A stretch of 63,227 nucleotides of DNA, counting the filler, from Chiloscyllium plagiosum (taxonomy: Eukaryota), in the NCBI RefSeq assembly GCF_004010195.1. It is 4 parts of one record of this genome, joined end to end, with 100 filler letters (N's around TTAATTAATTAA, not from the genome) between each part and the next. Parts side by side here need not be neighbours in the genome. Positions count along the whole stretch, not along the records: positions 1 to 19,857 come from NC_057713.1; positions 19,958 to 35,478 come from NC_057713.1; 2 more parts are not named here. The stretch is one strand, 5' to 3'. This document shows positions 13,051 to 27,380 of the stretch, one piece after another (within the stretch, counting starts at the first letter, position 1; every line of letters starts with the position of its first letter). The notes under the pieces were generated by a model that saw only the letters and a list, made by a program, of their open reading frames with translations, was not told the origin of the DNA and searched no databases. The position numbers and the translations under genes are program-made.

Positions 13051-16000
13051 GCTTTCAATTGTATTCTGGTAGACTAGTTGTGTAATAGAACTTGAACATT
13101 TCTGAAATATTCACCATTTTGTCAAACATTTTCTTCCTACACTAATTAGGAGACATAACAATACAAATGTAAAGAAGGAACAACATCTTGTACTACATGA
13201 GAGGAAAATGTTGATTGGTTCGAATTGGTCTTTGATTACAGAGGATTGCCATGGAGAATACTCCAAGTTAGATTATCATTGACGATTGGCAAGCATTGTT
13301 TAAATTTAAACAGATTGATAGATCGAGGTGTTGCACCAAGCAGAGAATGATTGCCACTCTTCTGTTAGGTTGAAACATACACAATGTGCATGCATGTTTT
13401 TGTCTGTCTGCAAAGAACAAGGTGCTGTTTATCAATATATGCAGCTTCAAGTATGCACATGCTTGAAGTATACATCCCAAGTGACAATCTTAAATAGGTT
13501 GTCACAACATAATTCTAAAAACCTCAGGATTGTTTAAAATATGTCCTTTTTTAATCTAACACTTTATTGGCCTGCTTTTGCAATTCATTCACTGGGATGT
13601 TAGATCCCTCTGCAATCCCTCCTTATTTAGATAACAAACTTCTTTTTTATTCTTACTGCCAAAATGAGACAATTTCACACTTTCTCAGATCATATAATTT
13701 ATTACCAGATCTTTATCCATTTAACTAAATTATTGCTATCTCTTTGTAACCTCTTTACATCATCTTGTGGGCTGTATGAGTCTACCTATACCACATGAAA
13801 TGTAGTGTTCAAGAAGGAAGCTCACCACAACCTTTAAGAGCAACCTGGGGCAGGTAACAAAATACTGGCCAGCCAGTGATGCCCACATTCCAGGAGTAGA
13901 TGAAAAGTCTGCATGACCTACTTTCCTACCTAATTTGTGTTGTCAGCAAATTTAAAAACCAAAGGATCAATCCTTTCATCCAAGCCATTTATATAATTGT
14001 AAGGAAGGGAACATGGAGATGGAGAAGGAAATTTGGAGTGAGATACAAAGGGTTACGAGAGCAGTGGAAGGATAGAGGGGAACAAGTGCAGTAATTATTT
14101 TAGAAAGACCTTTTATTGAACTTATAAACCTACATTCCCCCAATCAATGGATATTTGTTCATAAACAGCAGGGTTAGAAGGGGTGTGCATGCTTGTGCAC
14201 ATTTTCCCTCCCTTCTGAGTTCAAAGTCCAATGAAATGTGCACGCCACACAATGAATATGCAGTTAAGCTAGGTTGTAAATGTTACTATCTGGGAAACTG
14301 ACTTCCTTGGTGACCATCTTCATTGGATTTAAATTAACAGCTCACATGTTGGGATAAGTATTCAAGCCATTAGACACATAAAATATCTAAATGACTTTGT
14401 CAAGTCCATGGCAATATTTAGTTAAAGGGAAGAACACTGGAGTACTTTGTAAATAATAATTTAGTCTGATAGACATAACAATGTTCAACTATTAGGCTAC
14501 AAAGAGAACTGAATACGTCAGTGAGACTAATATTTGCACATGAACCCCAGACTTCATTAGTCTGAAACAATAATACACGGTCAGTTCAATTAAATACCTC
14601 TATGGAACTTTCAGAACTTGCTAGAAGCACCACAGGGTTTATTGGTTAGGAGACTGATCGAAATAGTCTTTACAGAGCTGATCATCTATTCTGATAGTTG
14701 AAATTAAGCTTTCAGAGTTTAACAGTTGAAGCCAAATAAAAACAGCAAATAAATCATACCGTATAACAAAGGCAAAGTCAATTTGAACAAATTTCCTGAA
14801 AGAGTCAATTCAAAGTCTTTATCATCTATGCAGCATGCCAACAGGATAATGCAGCTTTGACCTCGCTCAAAAGTAAACGCCAAGTATATGAGTCTTTTTG
14901 CACAAATATGAAACGTTACATGCACTGTGACATCCCAGACAGAACCTGTCCCCTTAAGCCAATTAATTTGCATCTGTTACCCACTATGCCAGCTCCATAA
15001 CTGTATGGTAACACCACCTGAACACCTTCCATGAAGATCTCTTGCCCCTCCTGATGATGCTGACACAATCTTCCACAACCTGCAAATTGATCCTTCTGAC
15101 CTTCCATACAAGCTGGCAGTCTCCCACACACTCATCTCTCTCTCCAACCCTCATGGGAGATTTCCAGACCAATAAAATACACATTCAACTGGTGTACATC
15201 ACAATTAAATTGTGTTAAACTGGTCACCTGAGTTTCCCATACATTGCTGACTTGATCTTGAATGTGGGACTGAATTTGAAAGAGAGTTTCAAAATAATGA
15301 GAACTCACTGTATGCAAATTTATTAAAAAGCAAGTTGCCATCGGACAGGGTGAGATCCAGCCTACCAGTACTAACATTACTATGCCCCTGCATTAATCTA
15401 TACATCTCAAAACAGCTGCCAGGAAACAGATTTAAATTCACACATAAAACTTTTCTGACTCTTACAGGCCTTAGTAAATACTATCCATGGTATCCAGAAA
15501 TTGTACAAGCTCAGATTCACCAGCCATATACATTTTTTAATTCAATCCTAACTTTGTTCATCCTTCAAAGTCCAGACTTTGGAGCAGACCATGAACAATG
15601 TGATTAGCATTATGCCATTTCAATTAAAATGGGAGCGTCTTAAAAATAAAACCCATTCAAAATGAAAGGCCAGTTAACATGGTAAATGAGACTGTTCTCA
15701 TGTACTTCAAAATAGAGGATCAAGAGACCAGTATGTCTCATTTACCATTATTACTTGTTTTCCCTCTGGTCAGTCGAAAGAACATAGATGGTGCAAAAAA
15801 ATGACTGTCTGACATAGACCAGTACTCGCTGTGTAGGAGCAGCATGCCCATTACTGACACTGAGTGGCACCAATCAGTGCAGCCATGAACTGACTGTAAA
15901 AGAACAAAAGGTTACAGTGAGTACGATGAGAAAGTGTTCATCAAAATACACTTTGTTCTACTTTAATTAGAAATTGTAGCAAAGAAGCTGGAAATTGGCC

Positions 16001-16221
16001 AAGCTGTTTCATCAAGCATGCCTGTACATGGAAACTGCAATATCATCTATTGGCACTGGTCCCATAAGGCGCATCCACTAAAAAACGTTGTTCCAGTACA
16101 GTATTACAGAGTCGAATTTTATTATTACTGCTTTTTTAATACATGGTTGTATGAGTAGAATTTGTAACTCTTCCACCCAGATTAGCATATGGCATCAGAA
16201 ATGGATTCACAGTAAATGACC

Positions 16222-16473
16222 ACAGGTAGTTCTTCTATAATGCAATGGTTGTGTTCTTGTGCAACCCTGCATTATAGAAAAATAGAGCTTCAGAAACAGC
16301 GCTTAAAGTGTTGGCGACAGTTTGTACATAATTTTTCCCTTTTGTTGAGAAACTAGGTGGAAGTTGGACACAGATATATTGATGAAAAATCAAGTGTTAT
16401 GCATTTTTAGTTGCACAAGACTATGTTGCTTTTAGAGCAGCAAGATTTCTACATTGAAACAGAGCAATACCAG
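16222..16473. mobile_element. Probable MITE / DNA transposon remnant
   Basis: Starts caggtagttcttctataa; internal 12-bp inverted repeat 16233-16244 / 16268-16279; right terminus degenerate. Confidence 0.4.
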
Positions 16474-16699
16474 GAATTTTTAGGTGAAGGAAAAACTACC
16501 AGACAAAGACCAGTTTTTAGATGGTTGAGCTGCAGTTTGCTACAGTTGCAGTGCAGCCATAACTACCCAGAGCTGGCAAGCAGAAAACATCTTCCTCCCT
16601 TCCCTCTCTGTGAAAGCACAGAAACAAGAAACTTAAAATATGGAATTCTAATGCAAGAGAAGACCTGTGTCCAACTGATCAACTATCATAAAACACGGA

Positions 16700-17030
16700 G
16701 GAGAAGTATACCAATAAGCCCATCGAGTCTGCTCTGTCATTCAATTTGATCATGGCTGATCTGATAGTTCTCAATTACATTTTCCTGGCTTTTCCTCCAA
16801 CAAATCTGGATTCCCTAAATGATTAGAAATCTATCTATCTCAGCTTTGAATATACTTAATAGACGGAGCTCCAACAGCACTTTGTGGCAATGAATTCCTC
16901 AGATTCCAGACCCTCAGAAGGAATTCCTCTTTATCTGAAACTTAAACGTGTGAATCCTTATTCTGAAATTATGCCCTCTGGCCCTGGACTCTCCTAGACA
17001 ACTTTTCTGCAGCTATTCTTCGAAGTTTCC
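16700..17030 (-). mobile_element. CR1 3' end fragment
   Basis: Reverse complement resembles the CR1 3' end at 20640-20900. Confidence 0.65.
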
Positions 17031-18249
17031 CAAGATATCAAATAATGGATCAAATAATTTCATCATTGCTAAAATCAAAAGAACTGTGAGAGTTAATTCT
17101 CTACTTTGGTGACCTCAATTTTTGACATTCAGAATTTTGCTTTCCTTGCCTGTACTTTTCCACCATATGTTTGCTAAACCATCTGTATTGTCTCTGTCTT
17201 ATTCATGAACAAGTATGTGTGTACTTGGGGGCTTAAAGAGGTCAAGTTTAGTTAGTGGGAGGGTCTGTTTGGCATGACAGTAATGTCCTGACCTTTGAGC
17301 CAGGAAGGCCAGGTTCAAGACCCAAGTGCTCTAGAGATGTGTAATATACCTTCTGAACATACCTTCTGATTAAGTCACATAGTGGTAGATTAGTAATCCT
17401 TTCTCTGTTCCCTGCCATTTGTTAATGAATAAGCTTGGTTACAATAAATAGAATTACTTTCAATTTGGCAAACTCTTGTTGGTTTAAATTAGTTCTTTAA
17501 CATTTGTGTCGCTCAGTGGAGCTCAAATATCAATACATACACTCTTCCCAGTTGAGTTGTAAAGTATCTCATATCATGATGGATGCCACCAGATTCCATC
17601 TTATTAAAAGAAAGAATCTAGCAGGCAGGTAAGTGGAGCTGAGTTCACGAAAACATCAGCAAAGGTCTTATTGAATGGTGGCGCAGGCTCAAAGGGCAGA
17701 TATCCTACTCCTGCTCCTAGTTCTTATGTTAAAGGTGAAAAAGCATTTTAACGGAGCATGGTGGAGGGTTTTAAGCAGATGAGTCTGCAAAATGGGATGG
17801 TAGGCAGTGTGGGAAAAGAAAGAGGGCAAAGAAGGCTGCAAGAGATTGTGGGGGGTGAATGGGAAGAAGGGAATTGCAAGACGCTATGAAGCAAACTTCA
17901 AATCATTTAGTTCCTTCTTACTCTCACTTGCAGCCAGTCTCCTATTCTTCCCAGTTTCAAACTCCCGTTCCAGTCACCTTTCCTGGATCCTTTGCTTATA
18001 GCCCTCCTGCAGTCACCTTCCCACAAACACCCTTTGTCCCCCAACCCACCGCAGCCTCCTTCTTTCCCCCCAGCTACCACTTGACTCACGCAGCTTCCTT
18101 CTCAGAAGCATATTAGGACTAAATGGATTAGATGCAGAAAGGATGTTCTTCATGCTGGAGGCATCCAAAACCAAGGGTAAGCCTTTTAGGGTGGAAAGAT
18201 TTTTTCACCCAGAGGTGAGCCTGCAGAATTCACTGCAACAGAAAGTAAC

Positions 18250-18860
18250 CCTGCACCACCCAGTTCTAACTCTCACCCAAAATTCAGAAACCTGACTGCC
18301 CCTTTCGACCCATCATCTCAGTCTGCTCCTGCCCCACCAAACTTATATCTACATACCTTGACATCGTTCTGTCCCCCTTGGTCCAGGATCTCCCCACATA
18401 CATTCGAGCCACATACATTCATGCCCTCTACCTCCTCCATGACTTTCAGTTCCCTGGCCCCAGATGCCTCATTTTTACAATGGACATCCAGTCCCTATAC
18501 ACATCCATCTGCTATCACGGAGGCCGCCAAGGCCTCCGCCCCTTCCTCTCCCACTGACCCTTCCACTGCAATTGGCTGAACCAGTCCTCACCCTCAACAA
18601 TTTCTACTTTGAATCCTGCCACTTCCTCCAGACCAAAGTGGTAGCCATGGGCACCCACATGGGCCCCAGCTATGCCTGCCTCTTCGTCAGGTACGTGGAA
18701 CAGTCCATCGCCCGCAGCTACACCAGCACGATTCCCCAACTTTTCCTCCGTAACATTGATGACTGTATTGGCGCTACCATGTGCTCCCACGAGGAGGCTG
18801 GACGGCTCATCAACTTCACAAACACCTTCCACCCTGACATCAAGTTCACCTGGATACTTC
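18250..18860 (+). mobile_element. PLE reverse transcriptase fragment
   Basis: LTLNNFYF..FLQTKVVAMGTHMGPSYACLF..FLRNIDDC..FHPDIKFTW, typical PLE RT motifs. Confidence 0.9.
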
Positions 18861-18869
18861 AAACACCTG

Positions 18870-19857
18870 GTTAATACAGGATGGAGGACGGGAAAAATTT
18901 CTGGCTGTAAGAGCTGCTCCTTTTTTTGAGGCATTTTAGGTGTTGGAGGTCATTTCCTCGAATTCCAGGAGCAACAATTAGTGTTTTATATGCTGTTGCA
19001 TTGTTTTGGAACTTTGGAAAAAAAAAGTCAAACCAACAGCAGTTTTAAAAGAGCAAACAAAGGATGCACATGGTGAAGACAATGCAGGACAGAGAGAGAG
19101 AACCTGCACAGTTACCGCCTTTGCTGTTTGAATTCATGTATCGCTGGAAATTGGAGTGCATCTGGGAAAATTAACAAACAGTGAAATTCACAACTAATCT
19201 TGGAGGAACTGTTGGACGAAGTTCACAGCACAGAAACTGATAAGTTAATCGTTGTTTTAAGTCTGTCCAAGAGAAAGGCCGTATTAGTGAGTATAGTGGG
19301 CTCTTTCTTGATTATATGTTTTTTGGAGACAAGTCTCTTGATTAAACTTAAAATATAAGCCATAGCTATTAATTTAACCTGGGGCAATGTTTGTAGAGGA
19401 ATAAGATGGCGTTATTTTCTGGGTCTGTAGATTGCGAAGAAGCAAAAATCCCCTTTGCAGTGATATGTACTTCTTGTCAGATGTGGGAGTTTAAAGAGAG
19501 TTTAAGGGGTACTGTGGATTATATCTGCCATAAATGCTGTTGGATGCGAATCTTATCAGATCGAGTGGATCGGTTAGAGAGACAGATAGAAGCGATGAGG
19601 AATTTGCAACAGCAACAGTACGTAATGGATGACAGTTATAGGAAGGGGGAAAAGTCTCAGATACAGTCACATAGATGGGTTAACTCCAGGAAGGGTAAGA
19701 GAGGTAGGCAGCTAGAGCAGGAGTCTTTTGCGGATATACCCATTTCAAACAGGTATGCTGTTTTGGAAAATGTAGGGGGTGATAGATTCTCAGGGGAATG
19801 TAGCACGAACAGCCAAGGTTCTGGTATTGAGACTGGCTCTAATGCAACGAGGGGTAC
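18870..19857 (+). mobile_element. CR1 5' UTR and ORF1 N-terminus (zinc finger plus coiled coil), cut by an assembly gap
   Basis: CTSC..CHKC..LSDRVDRLERQI..IPISNRYAVL in ORF 19406-19857, paralleling ORF1 at 44641-45342. Confidence 0.8.
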
Positions 19858-19957
19858 NNNNNNNNNNNNNNNNNNNNNNNNNNNNNNNNNNNNNNNNNNN
19901 NTTAATTAATTAANNNNNNNNNNNNNNNNNNNNNNNNNNNNNNNNNNNNNNNNNNNN
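19858..19957. other. Assembly gap linker: 44 N, TTAATTAATTAA, 44 N
   Basis: Exact 100-bp pattern occurring three times in the window. Confidence 0.97.
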
Positions 19958-20910
19958 TACAAAGGGATTTGGGAGTCCAAGTTCAGGATTCTCTTAAGAT
20001 AAACTTGCAGGTTGAGTCAGTAGTTAAGAAGGCAAGTAAATTGTTGGAATTTATTTCAAGAGGACTAGAATATAAAAGCAGGGATGTACTTCTGAGGCTC
20101 TATAATGCTGTGGTCAGACCACATTTGGAATATTGTGAGCAATTATGGGCCACGTACCTTAGGAAGGATGTACTGGCCCTGGACTGGGTTCAGAGGAGGT
20201 ACACGAGAATGATCCAAGAAATGAAAAGCTTAACATGTGAGGAATGTTTGAGGGCTCCGGGTCTATACTTGATGGAATTTAGAGGGATGAGGGAGGGATC
20301 TATTTGAAATTTACAGAATACTGAACATTCTGGACATAGTGGATGTTGGGAAGATGTTTCCATTAGCAGGAGAGACTGGGACCTGAGGGCACAGCCTCAG
20401 AGTAAATGAAAACCGTGTCTGCGTGGGTTTCCTCCGGGTGCTCCGGTTTCCTCCCACAGTCCAAAGATGTGCAGGTCAGGTGAATTGGCCATGCTAAAAA
20501 TTGCCCGTAGTGTTAGGTAAGGGGTAAATGTAAATGTAGGGGTTGGGGTATGGGTGGGTTGCGCTTCGGCGGGTCGGTGTGGACTTGTTGGGCCGAAGGG
20601 TCTGTTTCCACACTGTAATGTGATCTAATCTAATCTAAAAAACCCCCTTTAGAACAGAAATGAATAGAAACTTCTTCAGCCAGAGAGTATTGAATCTGTG
20701 GAAGTCATTGCCACAGAAGGCTGTGGAGGCCTGGTAACTGAGTACATTTAAAACAGAGATAGATAGGTTCTTGATTGTCTTGGGGATCACAGGTTAAGGG
20801 TAGAAAGCAGGAGAATGGAGTTGAGAAACTTATCAGCCATGATTGAAAGGGGGAGCAGACTCAATGGGGCGTATGGCCTAATTTCTGCTCCTATGACTTA
20901 CGGTTTTATT
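19958..20910 (+). mobile_element. CR1 ORF2 C-terminus and 3' UTR, interrupted by a SINE
   Basis: YKSRDVLLRLYNAVVRPHLEYC.Q.W..YLRKD. Confidence 0.9.
20413..20638 (+). mobile_element. 5'-truncated V-SINE (HE1-like) with CR1/HER1-type tail
   Basis: V-domain gtgtctgcgtgggtttcctccgggtgctccggtttcctcccacagtccaaag; (TAATC)n-like tail; possible short TSD AAAACC. Confidence 0.8.
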
Positions 20911-22359
20911 GTCTTAGCTAAGTATATACTTATCAATATCCACAATTGGGCAATGGCGATAAAAAAAATTCAACTGAAAACAATCTAACAGATCACTCAC
21001 ACATTACACACTTAATGCAAAAAGACCTTTCATTTATGAAATTCATTTGAAAATTTTACATTCTCTTAACTGGAAAATGTATTCGAAAAAGAAACTAACC
21101 TCTGCATCTACCAAGCTAATGAAAGCTGATCCTTTAATCTTAAGAACTTTAACCTTAATATTGTTATGGTCAAAGAGAGATGGTGGAATAACTTTTCCTC
21201 TTTTATGCCACTTCTCAGCTGACAGCAGCAAGATATGTTTTGAAAAGGATTGTTTTAAATCTTTTCAGTGATGTGATTTTAAAGGATAGACACATGCAGG
21301 TTTTCTTGTAAGTTGAAGTTGAAAGCAAGTATTAATGTTTATTTACACCACACCTCGAACATTGTCTCAAACAATGCGTGTTTTGTGCCCACTCGCACAA
21401 GAAAATTCAGTTGATGAAACATACATTTAGATTACTAACAGACTAAGGAGAAATAGGGCATATATTCTTCATCAGTCTTGTAAGATGGAAAGTAATGTAG
21501 GCTTGAAGGATCCTTACTCTCGTTTTCTTTTAAAAACAATGCTAAGTTCTAATTGTCCTGGGCCCCAAAACCAATTGTTATGATGGTGGCAAAAATGCAC
21601 TATCAATTTTACCGTCCACCATCTTATTTTAAAATGGGTGGACTTTGATGGACTAAAATGATTTAAAAATAGGGAAACACACTGAATTAAGATGGCCACA
21701 GTGCTCACCTGACCATTTTTAAACAAGCTCATGAAACTATCAATAAACAAGACTCAGTCTGAACTGAAATTAGCATGCCATTAAAGTGACTGAAACCAAT
21801 GACTCAGATCAGTATTTCCTGTTTGATGGACATGTTTGATTAACATTTGATCCTTCCTGAAAATTTCATATATTGGAATGAAGGACTCATCTGCAGTTAT
21901 CCAGCTTGAAAAAGTAATGAAGCATGGGACAGTAATACGGGAATGAACTGTGTTTCAGACACCAGGTTTTGGGCAAAGAGAGAGGAAAGATGGATTTCTA
22001 ACAGCAGAAACAAAAAGGTTACTCTTTTTCCCTGCTTCACTCCTCTCTCGAGGGACACTGCTCAATAAAAAAACAATTTTTTTAATTCTTCGGTGGGATG
22101 TGGATGTCACTTGCTGGCCAGCATTTATTGCTCATCCCTCATTCCCCTTGAGAGGGTGGTGGTGGACTGCATTTTTGAACTGCTGAAGTCCATCTGCTGT
22201 GGGTTGACCCACAATACAACTGGGGAGGGAATTTCAGGATTTTGATCCAGCCACAGTGAAGGAATGGCACTATATTTCAATGTCGGGATGGTGAGTGGTT
22301 TGGAGGGGAACTTGCAGGTGGTGGTATTCTCATGTATCTACAACCTTTGTCCTTATAGA

Positions 22360-24425
22360 TGCAAGTGACTAAGAGTCGGTGGGAGAGCACTCTGGGGCCA
22401 GTGATCACAATTCTATCGGTTTTAAAATAGTTATGGAAAAAGGATAGACCTGATCTAACAGTTAATTTTCTAAATTGGAGTAAGGCCAATTTGGATGGTA
22501 TTTGGCAAAACCTTTCAAAAGCTGATTGAGAGAGGCTATTCACAGGGGTAGTTGGAAAGTGGGAGGCCTTCAAACATGAGATAATCAGAGTCCAACATGT
22601 TCCTATTAGTGTGAAGGGCAAACCTGGTAGGTGTGGGGAATACTGGACGATTAGAGAAATTGAGGCTCTGTTCAAGAACAAGAAGACTTGCGGCAGGTAT
22701 AGACAGCTGGGATTCAGTGAATCCTGAGGAGTATAAGGGAGGTAGGAGTATACTCAGGAGGGGACATGTGTTTGCTTTGGCAGATAGAGTTAAAGAGAAT
22801 TCAAAGAGACACAAATATATTAAGGGCAAAAGAGTAACTATGGAGAGAATAGGTCCCCCTAAAGATCAACAAGAAAGAATTTCTTCACTTAGAGTTGTGA
22901 ACCTGTGGAATTTTCTCTCACAGGAAGCTGTTGGGGTTAGTCCATTAGATTCAATAAAGAGGGAGCTGGGCGTGGCTCTTGTGGCTAAAGAGATCAAAGG
23001 GTATGGAGAGAAAGTGGGAATGGGATACTGAGATTGCACGATGCACCATGGTCATATTGAATGATGGTGCAGGCTTGAAGGGCTGAATGGCCTACTCCTG
23101 CTCCTATTTTCTACGTTTCTATAAGTCTGTGTGAGGAACTGCAGGAGTTGAGGGAGTTGCTAAACAAATATTTCATGTTAGTATTTACTATGGACAAGGA
23201 TATGGACATTAGAGAACTTGGAGAAATAAGTAGTGAGTTTTTGAAAAGTGTCCATATTACAGAGGAGGAGGTGATGGACATCTTAAATGCATAAACATGA
23301 ATAAATCCCTGGGACCTGAACAGGTGTATCCCAGAACTTTATGCAAAGCTAGGGAAGTGATTGCTGGACTTCTTGTGAGATATTTGTATCATCGATAGCC
23401 ATGGTTGAGGTGCCAGAAGACTGCAGGGTGGTGCCATTATTTAAGAAAGGTGGTAAAGAAAAGCCAGGAAACTACAGACTGGTGAGCCTGTCGTCAGTGG
23501 TGGGTAAGTTATTGTATGGGAATACTGAGGGACAGGATCTACATGTATTTGGAAAGACAAGGACTGATTAGGAATTGGCAAGATGGTTTTATGCATGGGA
23601 AATTGTATCTCGTTAACTTGATTGAGTCTTTTGAAGAAGTCACAAGGAAGAATGATGAAGGCAGAGTCGTGGATATTGTCTATATGGACTTCAGCAAGGT
23701 TCAACAAGGTTCCACATGGTAGACTGATTAGCAAGATTAGATCACATGGACATCCAGGGACAGTTAACCATTTGGATATGAAACTGGCTTGAAAATAGGA
23801 GACAAAGGGTGATGGTTTTTCATTGTTTTTCAGACTGGAGGACTGTGACCAACAGTGTTCTGCAAGGATTGGTGCTGGATCAATTGCTTTTTGACATTCA
23901 TATAAATGATTTGGATGTGAATATAGGAGGTATAGAGAAGAAGTTTGCAGATGACACCAATATTGGTGGTGTATTGGACAGTGAAGAAGATTATCGCAGA
24001 GTACAACAGGACCTTGATCAGATGGGCCAATGGGCTGAGGATTGGCAGATGGATTTTAATTTGGATAAATGTGAGATGTTGCATTTTGGTAAAGTATCTC
24101 AGGGATTTACACGTTTAATGGAAGGTCCCGGGGAGTATTGCCAAACAAAGAGAGCTTGGGGTACAGGTTTATAGTTCCTTGAAGGTAGATTCACAGGTAG
24201 ACAGGGTGGTGAAGAAGTCAGTTGGTACACTTGCCTTTATTGGTCAGTGCATTGGGTATAGGAGTTGGAATGTCACCATGTGACTGTACAGGACTTTGAT
24301 AGGCCACTTTTTGGAATACTAGCATTCACTTCTGATCTCCCTGCTTTAGTAAAGATGTTGCTAAACTTGAAAGGGTTCAGAAGATATTTACAAAGATGTT
24401 GTCAGAGTTGGAGGGTTGAGCTATG
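22360..24425 (+). mobile_element. Degenerate CR1 ORF2, with another CR1 3' end inserted at ~22872-23120
   Basis: PGNYR.VSL, VDIVYMDFSK and KFADDT RT motifs across broken frames. Confidence 0.9.
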
Positions 24426-25249
24426 TAGGATTTTCTGAACTGTTATATTTTAAGCTCTCTAAACTGTCTAAGCTCCCATTCATTGATTGATATGCACTCT
24501 GCTTTAAAGTTGAATGAGCCCCTTCTGTTTCTTTTCATCATAGAGATTACTCTACCGTTCAGACAGCCCAACCATTATGGCTATTTGGCAGAGTTGGAAG
24601 TGCAAATGACTTTAGATGTTCAATTCATATGAGGTTGCAGGCACCTTTACAACTGATTGTGCCCTTGATGTAGTTTCTGTTTTGTTGACTCAAGATGGTG
24701 AGATTACAAGATTTTTTTGCATATGGCAGAAGGACACATTTTCTCAGTGTTAATGAGATGGTGAGAGGCTTGTCTCGTTCTTCTAAGAATATAATGAATT
24801 GATATTGCATGGACTCTGTGGACAATACGTAGTAGATATTGGGTATGTGAGAATGTAAGATGTATGCAACTGCATGGAAAACCAGGGATTGAGTTGTGGG
24901 AGTAAAGGGGTGAGGTGCGGGGTGCCTGTAAACTATGTTAGGAGTCATAATGCAGGCACATTAAATAAAGAGGCCAGTCTGAGTAGCCTCACATTCCTTC
25001 TGCACCAGATCATTGGCTTTCAAACTACTGTAACCCAGACTCTGAAGAAAAACAAATACCTTGGGCAAATTCTCACATCAGAGTGCAATCTGAGAGCCAT
25101 AAAATGGCCCAATTCACTAAATCAAGAGAATAATTCAGCTAGCAATTCCAAGATCAGTCTGCTGCTCTAGAAATCAGTATCCTGGAAGTTTAAAAGATTT
25201 TCACATTGCAACAAAAAAAATGTAAGTATTTAGCTTTGACCAGCCAGTT

Positions 25250-27380
25250 ACTGAAGGTGCAATGAGAAGCTTACAAAGACCAACAGAGGGCAACAAAAAA
25301 AAAATATAAGGAGGGAGAAGATGAAATATGAGGGTAAGCTAGCCAGTAATATAAAGGAAGATTGTAAGAGTTTCTTTAGATATATATAAAGGGCAAAAGA
25401 GAGGCAAAAGTGGACATTGGACTGCTGGAAAATGACACTGGAGAGATAATAGTGGGGAACAAGGAAATGGCTGAGGAACTGAATAATTACTTTGCATCAG
25501 TCTTCATGGTGGAAGACATGAGTAATACCCCCAAAATTCAAGAGAGTGAGGGGTCAGAGCTGGGTATGGTGGCCATCACCAAGTAGAAGGTGTTAAATAA
25601 ATTGAATAGCCTGAAGGTGGATAAATCACGTGGACCAGATGAACTACACCCTACAGTGCTAAAGGAGATAGCTGAAGAGATAGTGGAGGTATTAGTGGTG
25701 ATTTTTCAGGAATCGCTGGTGTCAGGGAGGGTCCCAGGGGACTAGAAAATCACTAACGTGACACCCCTGTTTAAAAAGTGAGTAAGGCAAAAGATGAAAA
25801 ATTATAAGGTTAATTAGGCTAACCTTGGTTGTGGGTAAGATTTTGGAGTCCATTGTGAAGGATGAGATTTCTGAATACTTGGAAGCATACAGTAAAATAG
25901 GGCAAAGTCAGCATGGTTTCATCAAGGGGAGGTCATGCCTGATAAATCTGCTAGAATTCTTAGAGGAAGTAATGAGCACGTTAGACCAAGGAGAATCAAT
26001 TGATGTTATCTACCTGGACTTCAAGAAGGCCTTTGACACAATGCTGCACAGGAGTCTGCTGAGTAAGATTAGGGCCAATGGTTCTCGAGTCAAAAGGTGT
26101 GGCGCTGGAGGGGCACAGCTGGTGGGGCAGCGTCTGAGGAGCGGGAGGGTTGACATTTTGAGCATAAGCTCTTCATCAGGAATGATGAGGAGCTTGTGCT
26201 TGAAGCGTTGACTCTCCTGCTCCTCAGATGTTGCCTGACCAGCTATGCTTTTCCAGTGCCACACATTTTGACTCTGATCTCCAGCATCTGCACTCCTCAC
26301 TTTCTCCTATCCCATGGTTCTAGAGGCAAGGTGCTAGCATGGATAGAAAATTGGCTGTTTGGCAGAAAGCAGAAAGTGGGAATAAAAGGCTCCTTCTCAG
26401 GATGGCAGCTGTGATGTTCCGCAAGGGTCAGTGTTGGGACCACAACTTTTCCCTTTATACATTAATGATCTAGATGAAGGGATTGAGGTCATTCTGGCTA
26501 GGTTTGCAGATGAAACAAAGATAGTTAGAGGGACAAATAGTATTGAAGAGGCGAGAAGGTTGCAGAAGGATTTAGACAGGTTAGGAAAGTGGGCAAAGAA
26601 GTGGCAAATAGAGTACAACATGGAAAAGTGTGAGGTAAGAAGAATAGAAGCATGGTCTATTTTCTAAATGAGGTTAAAATTTAGAAGTGGAAAGAGACTT
26701 GGGAGTTTTAGTCCAGGATTCTCTCAAGGTAAACTTGCAGGTTGAATCAGTAGTTAGGAAGGCAAATACAACGTTGGCATTTATTTTGAGAGGACTTGAA
26801 TATAAAAGCAGGGATGTGCTTCTGAGGCTCCATAAGGCTTTGGTCAGCCCATATTTGGAGTATTGTGTGCAGTTTTGGCCCCCATATCTCAGGAAGGATG
26901 AAGTGGCCCTGGAGCTTACTCAGAGGAGGTTCGCAAGAATGGTCCTACAAATGAAAAGCTTAACATATGAGGAACGTTTGAGGATTCTGGGTCTGTAATC
27001 AGTGGAGTTTAGAAAGATCAGGGGGGATATAATTGAAACTTACAGAATACTGAATGACCTGGACAGAGTGGATGTTGGGAAGATTGGTAGGAGAGATTGG
27101 TAGAAGAGATGGGGACCCAAGGGAAAAGGAAAACCTTTTAGAATGGAGATAAGAAGAAAGCTCTTCAGCCAGAGTGTGATGAATCTGTGGAATTTACTGC
27201 CAAAGAACACTGTAGACGCCAGGTCATTGAGTATATTTAAGATGAAGAGAGATAGGTTCTTGATTGTCAAGGGGATCAAGGGTTACAGGAAGAAACCTAT
27301 CAGCTATGATTGAAAGATGGAGCAGACTCAATGGGCAGAATGGCCTAATTTCTGCTCCTACATGTTATGGTCTTATGGTC
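25250..27380 (+). mobile_element. Degenerate CR1 ORF2 and 3' UTR
   Basis: SQHGFIKGRSCL.NLLEF, YLDFKKAFD, LGPQLF.LYINDL, FADET. Confidence 0.92.
26090..26310. mobile_element. Fold-back PLE-derived insertion within the CR1 RT
   Basis: Inverted arms centred near 26180 with hammerhead remnants; TSD CCAATGGTTCTCGAG 26075-26089 vs CCCATGGTTCTAGAG 26311-26325. Confidence 0.8.

Noticed and set aside
19902..19913. TTAATTAATTAA motif (also 35523-35534 and 54519-54530)
   Set aside because: Synthetic linker centred in N runs; the stops it supplies to adjacent ORFs are not biological
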